Below are positions 19,049 to 28,242 of a stretch of 64,000 nt of DNA, piece after piece (within the stretch, counting starts at the first letter, position 1; each line of letters starts with the position of its first letter). Made by a program: the position numbers and the translations under genes. This DNA comes from Candidatus Omnitrophota bacterium (GTDB taxonomy: Bacteria > Omnitrophota > Gorgyraeia > Gorgyraeales > Gorgyraeaceae), in contig JAHJQM010000029.1 in assembly GCA_018819285.1 (NCBI GenBank), positions 280 through 64,279 on the forward strand, read 5' to 3'. The notes beneath the pieces were generated by a model. It had not been told where the DNA came from, did not search any database, and saw only the letters and a list, made by a program, of their open reading frames with translations.

Positions 19049-19938
19049 GGCGTATAGCTAGACTGAAGCTTATAAATGGCCTGACGGGTCAAATTTAACT
19101 TTTCTGCAATTTCAGAAACATGAAAACCTCTTGATTTTAACTGTTCTATCAAAAACATTCTTGCCTTAATCTCTTGAGGATTAGTAAGTCTTCCTTTTTT
19201 CCTTAATTGCTCTATCCGCTTTTCAATATCGTAATCGTCTGGAAGATTGCGCTCTATGCGCCATTCTTTATTTTTTTCTCTCAACATCCTTGCCATCGCA
19301 TCCAGGGCATCAGGTTTTTCAAATACATTACTTATCCTGCCGACATTAAATCCTTTTAACAGATTTCTATATTTCATCTTGGCGCGACATATATCATTAT
19401 CCAATATTTCAAGAATAAATTTATAATCCACAAACGTCTCCTTTTCTGCATCGTCTAAAAATAATGCGCACGAAGACCATCTGTAATCAACAGGATTATT
19501 AGCCAATTCTGCTTTTGCAGGATTTACATGTATATACAATGATGATGCTAAAAGATAACTATCATCAAAACACAATGCCGATCTATATGCTCCGCAAAAT
19601 ACGTGCCCTTTTCTCTGGTATTTTTTATTGAAATATACAGCATATCGTTGCAACAGCTTTTTCATTATATCCGACATATTTGATCCAAGAAACTTTAATA
19701 GTAAATGAAGATGATTTGACATAAGCACAAAACTTAATACATTACACTTAAACTTACAGAGAACTTCTTTTATCAAATGAAGCATATAAAGATAATCTGC
19801 GTCTTCTAAAAATAGGGGCTCTGTTCCTGATGCATGCTGAGTAATATGACTTATAGCGCCTTCAAAACAATATTTATTTCTAGCCCTGAAGTAACGCTTC
19901 ACCTCCCCCCGCTCTATCAATTCAATTATATCTGCCAC
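19042..19938 (-). CDS. IS200/IS605-like Y1 HuH transposase, REP-associated tyrosine transposase (RAYT)-like, with a C-terminal ~120-aa HTH-containing extension
   Basis: LFLEDADYLYMLHLIKEVLCKFKCNVLSFVLMSNHLHLLLKF is the HuH motif NHLHLLL. ...LQRYAVYFNKKYQRKGHVFCGAYRSALCFDDSYLLASSLYIHVNPAKAELANNPVDYRWSSCALF matches the Y1_Tnp fold, with a catalytic Tyr candidate in RYAVYFNKKY. The C-terminal GFHVSEIAEKLNLTRQAIYKL is HTH-like. Likely start is GTG at 19938 after AGGAGG (rc of 19945-19950). The track start at 19962 is a TTG inside REP-A copy 4. Flanked by REP-A copies 3, 4 and 5. Confidence 0.8.
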   Translation of the reverse strand: MADIIELIERGEVKRYFRARNKYCFEGAISHITQHASGTEPLFLEDADYLYMLHLIKEVLCKFKCNVLSFVLMSNHLHLLLKFLGSNMSDIMKKLLQRYAVYFNKKYQRKGHVFCGAYRSALCFDDSYLLASSLYIHVNPAKAELANNPVDYRWSSCALFLDDAEKETFVDYKFILEILDNDICRAKMKYRNLLKGFNVGRISNVFEKPDALDAMARMLREKNKEWRIERNLPDDYDIEKRIEQLRKKGRLTNPQEIKARMFLIEQLKSRGFHVSEIAEKLNLTRQAIYKLQSSYTPS

Positions 19939-19960
19939 AATACACCTCCTCTGGTTAAAC

Positions 19961-19995
19961 AAGTTGACAAACTAACATTGTAAGAGTGTCAACTT
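19961..19995. repeat. REP-A copy 4 (aagttgacaaactaacattgtaagagtgtcaactt)
   Basis: Upstream of the RAYT start. Confidence 0.85.
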
Positions 19996-20077
19996 ATCTG
20001 GGTTTCTATCATATATGACACATTTGGAAACCGTTTTCTTTCAATTTTTTTAAAGTTTTTAATTACATAGCTTGCAT

Positions 20078-20112
20078 AAGTTGACAAACTAACATTGTAA
20101 GAGTGTCAACTT
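20078..20112. repeat. REP-A copy 5, identical to copy 4
   Basis: Ends 8 nt after the thrC stop (20120-20122). Confidence 0.85.
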
Positions 20113-20119
20113 ACAGAGA

Positions 20120-21172
20120 TTAGAGAGAGATTTGAGATAAGACTGATTGGAGATTTGCGGGAACGACTTTGGGTTCTTTGATGGATTTTATGGCGCGGTC
20201 AGGGTCTTTGAGGCCATGGCCGGTAAGGATGCAGACGAGTTTTGGATTCTTGAAGTTTTTGAAATAACCTTTTTTGGCAAGCTTCATTACACCTGCTACT
20301 GAAGCGGCTGACGCGGGTTCTACAAATACGCCTTCTTTTGACGCGAGAAATTTATACGCTTCCAGTATTTCATCGTCGGAAACCATATCTATGAGACCTT
20401 TGGATTCATCTCTGGCAACTTCGGCCATTTTCCAGCTGGCAGGGTTTCCTATGCGGATAGCGGTAGCAATGGTCTCAGGTTTTTCTATAATCTTGCCTCT
20501 CACTATAGGGGCTGCGCCTTCTGCCTGAAAACCAAGCATTACAGGGAGATTCTTTATCTTCTTTTTTTCTTTATATTCTTTATAGCCTTTCCAGTAGGCA
20601 GTGATATTGCCTGCGTTTCCCACTGGGATAGCGTGAAAATCAGGCGCTGAACCAAGCTGGTCGCATATCTCAAATGAACCTGTTTTCTGGCCTTCTATTC
20701 TGTAAGGATTTATAGAATTTACAAGCTGGATATGTTGCTTGGCAGTGATTTCTTTTACAAGATTAAGCGCGTCATCAAAATTTCCATCAACTGCAATAAC
20801 CTGGGCTCCATGTATAAGCGCCTGGGCAAGCTTACCAAGCGCTATAGCGCCTTTTGGAATTAAAACAATACATTTAATCCCGGCTTTTGCCGAATATGCC
20901 GCCGCTGAGGCAGAGGTATTACCGGTAGAAGCGCACATAACCGCGACATGCTTTTCTTCCAATGCCTTTGAAATAGCAAGAGTCATGCCTCTATCTTTAA
21001 AAGAACCGGTTGGGTTAAGGCCTTCGTATTTTAAATACACTTCGCCAGTGATTAATTTTGAAAGATGGGAAGAATATATAAGAGGGGTATTACCTTCATT
21101 AAGAGTAATTATAGGCGTAGATTCATTAACTGGCAAAAAATCCTTGTATTTATCTACAATACCATTCCACAT
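20120..21172 (-). CDS. thrC: threonine synthase
   Basis: PLP-lysine motif GSFKDRGMT. 350 aa. Adjacent to homoserine dehydrogenase. Confidence 0.85.
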   Translation of the reverse strand: MWNGIVDKYKDFLPVNESTPIITLNEGNTPLIYSSHLSKLITGEVYLKYEGLNPTGSFKDRGMTLAISKALEEKHVAVMCASTGNTSASAAAYSAKAGIKCIVLIPKGAIALGKLAQALIHGAQVIAVDGNFDDALNLVKEITAKQHIQLVNSINPYRIEGQKTGSFEICDQLGSAPDFHAIPVGNAGNITAYWKGYKEYKEKKKIKNLPVMLGFQAEGAAPIVRGKIIEKPETIATAIRIGNPASWKMAEVARDESKGLIDMVSDDEILEAYKFLASKEGVFVEPASAASVAGVMKLAKKGYFKNFKNPKLVCILTGHGLKDPDRAIKSIKEPKVVPANLQSVLSQISL

Positions 21173-21176
21173 AAAA

Positions 21177-22484
21177 TTATTTTTCTAACCTTATAACTAC
21201 ACTTTTCTTTTTTATGGCAGGTAGTTTATTGATCCTGGATAATGCGGCCTGCATGTCCAGCTCTTTTGCCTCATGGGTAAGCATAACTATGGGGACAATA
21301 TGCGCCTCGCGGCGCTCTTTCTGCACAACGCTCGCGATGCTGATATTATGCCTGCCTAAAAGGTCCGCTATGTTCGCGAGGACGCCCGGCTTATCTATAG
21401 CAGAAAAATGCGCGTAGTATCTGGTAATAACCTCGTCCATTTTTCTAAGTTTTTTTATTTCACTATCTTTAGGGATTATCTGCTTCACTGAATTTTTTCC
21501 GCAGACAATATTATGACCAGCATCTACTATGTCGCTTATGACAGCGCTTACGGTAGGCAATTTGCCTGCGCCCTGACCATAGAATAACTGTTTGCCAACC
21601 AGATCAGCTTCTATAAATATCGCGTTATATGCGCCGGAAACAGATGAAAGCAGATGTTCTAAAGGTAAAAGAGTGGGATGTACTCTGGCTTCCAATTCAT
21701 CCCCATGGCATTTTGCTATTGCAAGAAGTTTTATTCCATAACCAAACTCTTTGGCATATTGGATATCTAAATTAGATATATCCTCAATACCTTCGACATA
21801 AATATCATCTAAATCCACTCTTTTTCCAAAAGCCAGAAGCGAAAGTATCGCAAGCTTATGGCTGGAATCCAGGCCTTTTATATCCAAAGAAGGGTCTTTT
21901 TCGGCATAGCCTTTTGACTGCGCTTCCTTAAGAGCAGTTTTAAAGCTTGAGTCCTCACTTGACATGCTGGATAATATGTAATTTGAAGTGCCGTTCAGAA
22001 TCCCGAATACGCTGGAAAATCTATTGCTTACCATGCCTTCGCGTATCGCTTTTATAATAGGGATTCCTCCTGCAACACTTGCCTCAAAATATATTTCTCT
22101 ATTTGAAATTTTGGCCTTCTGGAAAATTTCTTCGCCTTCAGCCGCAAGAAGCAATTTATTCGCAGTAACCACATGCTTGCCTTTTGACAATGCTTTTATC
22201 ACAATCTCTTTTGCAGGATGGATACCGCCTATTAATTCGATAATAATATGAATATCAGGGTCATTGATCACTTTACCAGCGTCTTTAGTAAGCATGCCCT
22301 TAGGGAGATTCACGTCTCTTTTTAAAGACAGGTCCTTGTCGCAGACTAATGAAAGATTAAAATCTATCCCGGTGCGTTTTAATAATAGGCCCTTCCTGGT
22401 CATTAGAAACTTTGCGACGCCAGATCCTATAGTTCCAAAACCTATCAAGCCGATATTTATCTTACTCTGCGATTTTTTATTCAT
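21177..22484 (-). CDS. hom: homoserine dehydrogenase with C-terminal ACT domain
   Basis: N-terminal [13 protein letters not shown] is a Rossmann motif. [11 protein letters not shown] is the HSD signature. Confidence 0.85.
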   Translation of the reverse strand: MNKKSQSKINIGLIGFGTIGSGVAKFLMTRKGLLLKRTGIDFNLSLVCDKDLSLKRDVNLPKGMLTKDAGKVINDPDIHIIIELIGGIHPAKEIVIKALSKGKHVVTANKLLLAAEGEEIFQKAKISNREIYFEASVAGGIPIIKAIREGMVSNRFSSVFGILNGTSNYILSSMSSEDSSFKTALKEAQSKGYAEKDPSLDIKGLDSSHKLAILSLLAFGKRVDLDDIYVEGIEDISNLDIQYAKEFGYGIKLLAIAKCHGDELEARVHPTLLPLEHLLSSVSGAYNAIFIEADLVGKQLFYGQGAGKLPTVSAVISDIVDAGHNIVCGKNSVKQIIPKDSEIKKLRKMDEVITRYYAHFSAIDKPGVLANIADLLGRHNISIASVVQKERREAHIVPIVMLTHEAKELDMQAALSRINKLPAIKKKSVVIRLEK

Positions 22485-22845
22485 GATCCACCAATTTTCT
22501 TATAGCCTCTCTTACCTTTTCTTCCACCTCTATAAATCTTGCTCTCGTTTCATACATGATAACTTTTACCCGTTTTATTGAATCAATAACTTGCACTTGC
22601 ACTATAACATAATCCGAAAATTCAGGCAACCTAAGTTTCATCTTCAGCACAACATCCTTTTCAAATTTTCTGTCAGAGATAAACAACATCCCATCTTCAC
22701 ATATATTTTTAGTCTGAGATATGTCGAATTTTAACTCTTCGCTTTTTATAGGCGCATATGAAACAATATAGCTTCCGTTTATCCTCTTAAATCTTCTCCG
22801 CTCAAACTGGATATTGCCAGGCTGGGATTCCTGTTTATTGTCCAA
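22477..22845 (-). CDS. PilZ-domain protein
   Basis: ERRRFKRI together with DISQTKNICEDGMLFIS gives the RxxxR...D/NxSxxG c-di-GMP binding pattern. Confidence 0.5.
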   Translation of the reverse strand: MDNKQESQPGNIQFERRRFKRINGSYIVSYAPIKSEELKFDISQTKNICEDGMLFISDRKFEKDVVLKMKLRLPEFSDYVIVQVQVIDSIKRVKVIMYETRARFIEVEEKVREAIRKLVDHE

Positions 22846-22868
22846 GATAACACCGCCTTTTATATTAA

Positions 22869-22945
22869 TGGTCGGGACGGCTGGATTTGAACCAGCGGCC
22901 CCCTGAACCCCATTCAGGTGCGCTAGCCAGCTGCGCCACGCCCCG
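22869..22945 (-). tRNA. tRNA-Pro (anticodon GGG), CCA encoded
   Basis: Hand-folded minus-strand sequence. Acceptor CGGGGCG pairs with CGTCCCG (one G-U) and has C1-G72. U8. D-stem GCGC/GCGC with an AGCTGGCTA loop. Anticodon stem CCTGA/TCAGG, loop AUGGGGU, G37. T-stem GCTGG/CCAGC with a TTCAAAT loop. A73 then CCA. C1-G72 plus A73 is the bacterial tRNA-Pro identity. Confidence 0.8.
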
Positions 22946-22996
22946 AGCTAAATTCCATGTTTAAAAATTATACCATATATAAAGCGCAGGTTCAAA

Positions 22997-23986
22997 TCAT
23001 TCGGATTTCGGCTCTCTTGTCATTAATTCATTGACTGCTAAAAGAGGCGATTTATTTTCAAATAAAACAGCATGCACCTGCTGGGTAATAGGTAATTCTA
23101 TATTATAAATTTTTCCAAGTTTCACTGCTGCGGCCGAAGTCCATACGCCTTCTATTTCCATGACGCTTTTATTGAGAAGAAGCTCCGGTTTTTTTCCCTT
23201 TCCGATCTCTTCGCCAAATTTATGATTTCTGCCTTCTGAACTAACGCAAGTAGTAATCATATCTCCAAGGCCGCTTAAGCCCTGAAAAGTATCTCTGGAA
23301 CCGCCCATTGCCAAGCCAAGACGAGTCATTTCTATCAGGCCTCTTGTAAGTATGGCTGCTTTTGTATTTGCACCGAAACCCAGGCCATCTGAGATACCTG
23401 ACGCGATCGCTATTATATTTTTAAAAGCTCCTCCCAGCTCAACGCCCGTCACATCTTTATTGGTATAAACCCTGAAACGTTCCGCCCTGAATATATCGCT
23501 AACCTTCCTGGCAAAAATCTCATCCTCTGAAGCCACTACTACAGCTGTTGGAATTCCGCGGCTAACTTCAGGCGCTATACTTGGCCCGGATAAAACAGCT
23601 ATCTCTATATCCCCCAATACCTCTTTAGCGACCTCGCTCATTCTCTTCAGAGACTTCTCTTCTATGCCTTTTACTACGCTTACAAAACCTACCTGCGATT
23701 CTTTTAATATTGTCCTATTTTTCGTGATTACATCCCGTAAAAAACGCGATGGGATCGCAAGGGTTATAATATTAGTGCCTTCGCACGCAGCATACATTTC
23801 ACTTGTAAGCTGGATGCTTTTGGGAATCTTAAAACCAGGTAGAAATTTTTTATTCTCTCCGGCCTTCTTTATAGCTTCTATATCTTCTTTGAAAGCGCCC
23901 CAGAGCGATACATCAAACCCTTTATTTTTCAATAAAATGGCTAACGCAGTGCCCCAACCGCCATTGCCTAAAACTGTTATTTTCAA
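22997..23986 (-). CDS. gpsA: NAD(P)H-dependent glycerol-3-phosphate dehydrogenase
   Basis: ITVLGNGGWGTALAILL. TTG start at 23986 preceded by an AGGGGG SD. Confidence 0.85.
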   Translation of the reverse strand: MKITVLGNGGWGTALAILLKNKGFDVSLWGAFKEDIEAIKKAGENKKFLPGFKIPKSIQLTSEMYAACEGTNIITLAIPSRFLRDVITKNRTILKESQVGFVSVVKGIEEKSLKRMSEVAKEVLGDIEIAVLSGPSIAPEVSRGIPTAVVVASEDEIFARKVSDIFRAERFRVYTNKDVTGVELGGAFKNIIAIASGISDGLGFGANTKAAILTRGLIEMTRLGLAMGGSRDTFQGLSGLGDMITTCVSSEGRNHKFGEEIGKGKKPELLLNKSVMEIEGVWTSAAAVKLGKIYNIELPITQQVHAVLFENKSPLLAVNELMTREPKSE

Positions 23987-24008
23987 TCTAGCCCCCTAAA
24001 TTGATTAA

Positions 24009-24037
24009 AGTTTATCATATGCCGATAAGCTAGTCAA
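24009..24037 (-). promoter_or_regulatory. candidate sigma70-like promoter for gpsA (TTGACT-17-TAAACT)
   Basis: Minus strand reads TTGACTagcttatcggcatatgaTAAACT, ending about 22 nt upstream of the gpsA SD. Confidence 0.45.
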
Positions 24038-24054
24038 TATATGATTATCATTAA

Positions 24055-24089
24055 TACTTGAGATGCTCCTATTCGTCGCATCTCGAGTA
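24055..24089 (-). other. 12-bp hairpin (tacttgagatgc...gcatctcgagta, one G-U, 11-nt loop)
   Basis: Inverted repeat read directly. It is the third of three consecutive stem-loops between gene 24229..24588 and gpsA. Confidence 0.5.
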
Positions 24090-24102
24090 TTAATTCGCAC
24101 TT

Positions 24103-24137
24103 ATCGTTTACGAATTTCAAAAAAATTCGTAAACGAT
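24103..24137. promoter_or_regulatory. perfect 14-15-bp inverted repeat ATCGTTTACGAATT-N7-AATTCGTAAACGAT (operator-like or hairpin)
   Basis: Read directly. About 70 bp upstream of the gpsA -35. Its symmetry fits a dimeric regulator site or an RNA hairpin. Confidence 0.45.
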
Positions 24138-24144
24138 GTGCTCA

Positions 24145-24186
24145 TTAAAAAACCCCGGCCTTTTAACTATCAAAAAGGTCGGGGTT
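24145..24186 (-). terminator. rho-independent terminator for gene 24229..24588 (GC-rich stem AACCCCGACC...GGCCGGGGTT followed by UUUUUU)
   Basis: Minus strand reads GGTAACCCCGACCTTTTTGATAGTTAAAAGGCCGGGGTTTTTTAATG. An SD/anti-SD pair AAGGAGG...CTCCTT lies between the stop codon and this stem. Confidence 0.7.
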
Positions 24187-24228
24187 ACCAAGGAGTAAAG
24201 ATTGAAACTATAGAACCACCTCCTTATA

Positions 24229-24588
24229 TTAAGGTTGTGTGTATAGAAAATCCATTTCGAAAGAATGCTTAAATGCTACTGAATAAATATCACATCCAGA
24301 TACTGCATAAAACCTGCCAACAACATCACATATAAATATATCTTTATTAAGCTTTGTATCGCGTTTTTTAACGATAAAGATATGCCTTTTATTGGCATTC
24401 AGGCCAATAGTCTTTTTCCATTCTGCCAGCTCTTTCAGGGTTTTAAATTCATTACAAGCTCCTAGTATATAAGTAGAATGCCTCTGAGTTTTAGTAGTAA
24501 CCCCGTTTTTATCAATTGTTTCAGAGACATAGAGGTCTTTTCTTTTTTTATCCCCTGAAATTATGTTTTTGAATAATAACTCTCTCAT
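24229..24588 (-). CDS. hypothetical protein (119 aa)
   Basis: ORF with its own terminator. No recognisable motif. Confidence 0.4.
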   Translation of the reverse strand: MRELLFKNIISGDKKRKDLYVSETIDKNGVTTKTQRHSTYILGACNEFKTLKELAEWKKTIGLNANKRHIFIVKKRDTKLNKDIFICDVVGRFYAVSGCDIYSVAFKHSFEMDFLYTQP

Positions 24589-24671
24589 TTTGGCCTCTTA
24601 ATTTAAAACTTTTTAAATCTATTTACCATAATAGCAAAAAAAATAATCTTCTTTTTCTTACTTAAAGTATA

Positions 24672-25184
24672 TCATACGTTTAAATTTTTGTCAAATTTGG
24701 CAAAAGAAATAATAAATAACGCAGTTCCTATTGTAATTGAGGAATCTGCGATATTGAAAACTGGCCATATTCTAAAATCAATAAAATCAATAACATACCG
24801 CAAGTTAACCCTATCTATCAGATTACCGAGTGCTCCTGATATTATAAGGACCAGGCTAAAATTGCAAAGAAAATTATCCAGGAAGCTGCCTTTTCTGATA
24901 GCCTTTACAAGAATAGCTCCTATCATTATCACTGCAATTACTGATACCACAATAAAAAAATAGGTGCTGTTTTTAAAAATCCCGAAAGCTGCGCCTGTAT
25001 TTTTTACAAACGTGATATGCAAAATATCTTTTATTATAGGTATGGATTGGCCGACGTATAACTTTGAAGAAATAGCTGCCTTGGAAACCTGGTCTATTAA
25101 TAGGAGTAAAAAAATGGAAAGAATGCTTATGGCGCTACTTATTCTTTTCTTCTTTCGACTTGCATTGTATGCAATATTTGGCAT
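24672..25184 (-). CDS. lspA: lipoprotein signal peptidase II
   Basis: NTGAAFG and FNIADSSITIG are conserved LspA motifs. The start is uncertain and the ORF overlaps the 3' end of the upstream gene. Confidence 0.8.
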   Translation of the reverse strand: MPNIAYNASRKKKRISSAISILSIFLLLLIDQVSKAAISSKLYVGQSIPIIKDILHITFVKNTGAAFGIFKNSTYFFIVVSVIAVIMIGAILVKAIRKGSFLDNFLCNFSLVLIISGALGNLIDRVNLRYVIDFIDFRIWPVFNIADSSITIGTALFIISFAKFDKNLNV

Positions 25185-25506
25185 ATGGGACGGCACTAAG
25201 GCGTTTCTGAGGTATTTTTTTTTCGCAGGAAATACATTTTCCGAATTTACCCTCTTCTATACGCTTCAACGCCTCATCAATTTCGTATACAATCTCCTGC
25301 TCTCCGCCGGCAATATTCAGGCTCAACTCTCTGTCATAGCTGTCGCTTGCCATATCTGCCATATGGAAACTATATCCGGAAAGATCGCCTGACGATTCCT
25401 TCTGAGACTTATGGCTCTCTTTGGTTATATGGTTTATATCGCCTGCGATGTCTTCTCTCACTTTTATCAAAAGTTTCTTGTATTTTGCCAGCTCTTGTTT
25501 CATCAT
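25135..25506 (-). CDS. DksA/TraR-family C4 zinc-finger protein (YlyA-like)
   Basis: CISCEKKIP...YCIQC gives the CxxC-x17-CxxC finger. Its position between ileS and lspA mirrors the B. subtilis ileS-ylyA-lspA-rluD arrangement. Confidence 0.7.
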   Translation of the reverse strand: MMKQELAKYKKLLIKVREDIAGDINHITKESHKSQKESSGDLSGYSFHMADMASDSYDRELSLNIAGGEQEIVYEIDEALKRIEEGKFGKCISCEKKIPQKRLSAVPYAKYCIQCKSKEEKNK

Positions 25507-28241
25507 TATATTTTATCCCCTGTTACAACACCAGCGCATCTCTCACAAAGTGTTGGATTATTCTCATTTTTTCCGACTAACGCGCTCCAGTTCCAACAAC
25601 GGCTGCATTTTTTACCGTCTGCCTTAGTGACCTGGATATCTAATTTATCTCCTTTTATAAGCTCTACCTGTGAAACTATAAATATGTAACGTAAGGTCTC
25701 CAGGTATTTATTTAAAAATTCGTATTCTTCCTTGCCACTCGCAACAAGCGCCACCTTTGCTTCAAGGGGGCTACCTATTAATTTAGCGATCCTTTTTTCC
25801 TCAAGGGCTTTTAAAACTTCCTCTCTTAAATTTATTAACCGCTGCCATCTGGCCTCAAGTTCAAAGTCAATTAAATCGTCTTCGACTTTCGGCCAGTCTG
25901 CCAGATGTACTGAGCCCTCTTTATTAAAATATCCCCATATCTCTTCTGCTGTAAACGGAGTTATGGGAGCCATAAGCCTGGTAAGAACGCTCAATATTTT
26001 ATAAAGAACTGTCTGGCCGGATCTCCTAGCCTTTGACCTAGCTCCAAAAGTATACAGCCTATCCTTTAAAATATCAAGATAAAAATTCGACATGTCAAGA
26101 ATGCAAAATTTATAGGTGGCGCTAGCAACTTCATGAAACATGAAGCGTTCAAAGGAATCTGTTACTTCTTTAAGCACAGAATTCAGCCTGGAAAGAGCCC
26201 ATCTATCAATCTCCAAGAGATCTTTATCGGATATTGAGTCTTTTTCCGGGTCAAAATCATAGAGATTTCCAAGAAGATATTTTGCAGTATTCCTGAATTT
26301 ACGATACGCCTCTACGGTACGGTCCAAAATTTCTTCTGAGACTCTCACGTCGTCAAAATAAGACGATGAACTCGCCCAGAGCCTCAGGACATCTGCGCCT
26401 TTTTTCGAAATCACTTCCTGCGGGCTCACTACATTGCCGGCTGATTTGGACATCTTTTTGCCAGCACCATCCACCACAAAACCGTGAGTAAGCACATTTT
26501 TAAATGGGGACTTCTTTTCAACTCCCATGCCAATTAGAATAGAACTCTGGAACCAGCCCCTATGCTGGTCGCTGCCTTCAAGGTATAAATCCGCAGGAAA
26601 GCCAAGGTCTTTATTTATTCTCAGGACCCCTTGATGGCTTGCGCCTGATTCAAACCATACATCAAGGATATCTGTTTCTTTGTTAAATTCTTCATTGCCG
26701 CATTTTTTACATTTAAAACCATCTGGCGCAAAACTCTTTGCAGGCTTTGAAAACCATGAATCAGAACCGCTTGAACCAAAAGTCTCTTCTATCTTTTTCA
26801 TCACTTCGCTATCTATTATTTCCGAATTACAAGAGGCGCAATATAATATAGGTATAGGCACGCCCCAGTAACGCTGCCTGGAAAGGCACCAATCAGGCCG
26901 CAGTTCTATCATGCTGGAAATGCGCTTCTCGCCTATATCAGGCACCCATTTTATCTCTTTTATCTCGTTAAGGGTTTTTTGCCTGAGGCCATTCCTATCC
27001 ACCCCCAGGAACCATTGTTTTGTGGCGCGAAATAAAAGCGGCGAATGGCAGCGCCAGCAATACGGATATGAATGAGTTGTCTTTAAGGATATTAAAAGCG
27101 CCTTTTTATCTGAAAGGATTTTAAGGATAATGTCATTGGCTTCCAATATCGGCTTACAGACTATTTCATCAGGAACTTCAAAAGAATCTATTTTTTTAAA
27201 CCTGCCCTTTTCATCAACAGGCATAATGACTGGCAGATTATACTTAAGGCCTACTTCATAGTCTTCTTGGCCATGGCCAGGCGCGATATGGACACAGCCT
27301 GTGCCGTCTTCATTTGAAACATAATCCGCCAGGACAACTTTTGAAGGCCGGTTTAAAAACGGGTGGCTGGCAATCATCCCTTCCAAATCTTTACCCTTTA
27401 CAGTTTTTGTGATATCTCCGGCTACGCCGAGTTTTTTTAACACAGTTTCCATAAGGTCTTCGGCTAATATCAGAGTGCCAAAGCTATCGGTCTTAATAAA
27501 CACATATTTCAGATCCGGGTGGACCGCTATTGCTACGTTTGAAACTAATGTCCACGGCGTAGTAGTCCACACGAGAAACGCCAGCGGCTCATTTTTTATT
27601 TCAAACCTGACATAAATAGACGGTGAAATATGTTCTTCATATTCAACCTCGGCTTCCGCGAGAGCGGTTTCGCATTTTGAGCACCAGTTTATCGGCTTAA
27701 GGCCTCTGTAGATAAAACCGTCTTTTGCGAGCTTATTGAAACTTGCCACTACTTGTTTTTCGTATTCCGGTTTCAAAGTCAAGTATGGGTTGTCCCAATC
27801 GCCAAAAATACCCAGTCTTTCGAATTCAACCTTCTGGATCTCTACAAATTTCATCGCGAATTCATGGGCCATTTTTCTGAATTCTACCTGGTTCACGTCA
27901 TGTTTTGTCTTTTTTATATCCTTAAAAAGCTGATGTTCTATCGGCATGCCATGGCAATCCCAGCCAGGGACATAAGGCGCGTCAAAACCCTGCATTGTTT
28001 TAAATTTAATAACAATGTCTTTCAAGGTTTTATTCAACGCATGGCCTATGTGGATATTCCCATTTGCGTATGGCGGGCCGTCGTGGAGTATGTATCTAGG
28101 CTTGCCTTTCTGTTTCTGGCGTATCTTTTGATAGATATCCATCTTCTCCCATTTTTCTAGAATGACAGGCTCTTTATCAGACAGATTGGCCTTCATTGGA
28201 AAATCAGTCTTGGGTAGGTTTAAGGTATTTTTATATTCCAT
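25506..28241 (-). CDS. ileS: isoleucine--tRNA ligase
   Basis: HIGH motif PPYANGNIHIGH and KMSKS motif KKMSKSAGN. C-terminal Zn ribbon CSRCWNWS...CERC. Confidence 0.95.
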   Translation of the reverse strand: MEYKNTLNLPKTDFPMKANLSDKEPVILEKWEKMDIYQKIRQKQKGKPRYILHDGPPYANGNIHIGHALNKTLKDIVIKFKTMQGFDAPYVPGWDCHGMPIEHQLFKDIKKTKHDVNQVEFRKMAHEFAMKFVEIQKVEFERLGIFGDWDNPYLTLKPEYEKQVVASFNKLAKDGFIYRGLKPINWCSKCETALAEAEVEYEEHISPSIYVRFEIKNEPLAFLVWTTTPWTLVSNVAIAVHPDLKYVFIKTDSFGTLILAEDLMETVLKKLGVAGDITKTVKGKDLEGMIASHPFLNRPSKVVLADYVSNEDGTGCVHIAPGHGQEDYEVGLKYNLPVIMPVDEKGRFKKIDSFEVPDEIVCKPILEANDIILKILSDKKALLISLKTTHSYPYCWRCHSPLLFRATKQWFLGVDRNGLRQKTLNEIKEIKWVPDIGEKRISSMIELRPDWCLSRQRYWGVPIPILYCASCNSEIIDSEVMKKIEETFGSSGSDSWFSKPAKSFAPDGFKCKKCGNEEFNKETDILDVWFESGASHQGVLRINKDLGFPADLYLEGSDQHRGWFQSSILIGMGVEKKSPFKNVLTHGFVVDGAGKKMSKSAGNVVSPQEVISKKGADVLRLWASSSSYFDDVRVSEEILDRTVEAYRKFRNTAKYLLGNLYDFDPEKDSISDKDLLEIDRWALSRLNSVLKEVTDSFERFMFHEVASATYKFCILDMSNFYLDILKDRLYTFGARSKARRSGQTVLYKILSVLTRLMAPITPFTAEEIWGYFNKEGSVHLADWPKVEDDLIDFELEARWQRLINLREEVLKALEEKRIAKLIGSPLEAKVALVASGKEEYEFLNKYLETLRYIFIVSQVELIKGDKLDIQVTKADGKKCSRCWNWSALVGKNENNPTLCERCAGVVTGDKI

Positions 28242-28242
28242 A

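Larger units (their letters stand above)
19014..20112 (-). mobile_element. REP/RAYT locus: Y1 HuH transposase gene bounded by REP-A palindromes (one at 3' end, two identical copies 117 bp apart at 5' end)
   Basis: Copies 4 and 5 are identical 35-mers. The architecture matches described REP-associated transposase loci. No tnpB or second IS gene is present. Confidence 0.65.

Noticed and set aside
19962-19962. Track start (TTG 19962) for the transposase and track start (19031) for the XRE gene
   Set aside because: Both lie inside REP palindromes. Downstream starts with SDs (GTG 19938 after AGGAGG; ATG 18896) are more plausible.
24063-24272. Plus-strand 69-aa ORF across the hairpin region
   Set aside because: It spans three stem-loops and a terminator on the opposite strand, has no RBS, and the reading frame is a by-product of the palindromes.
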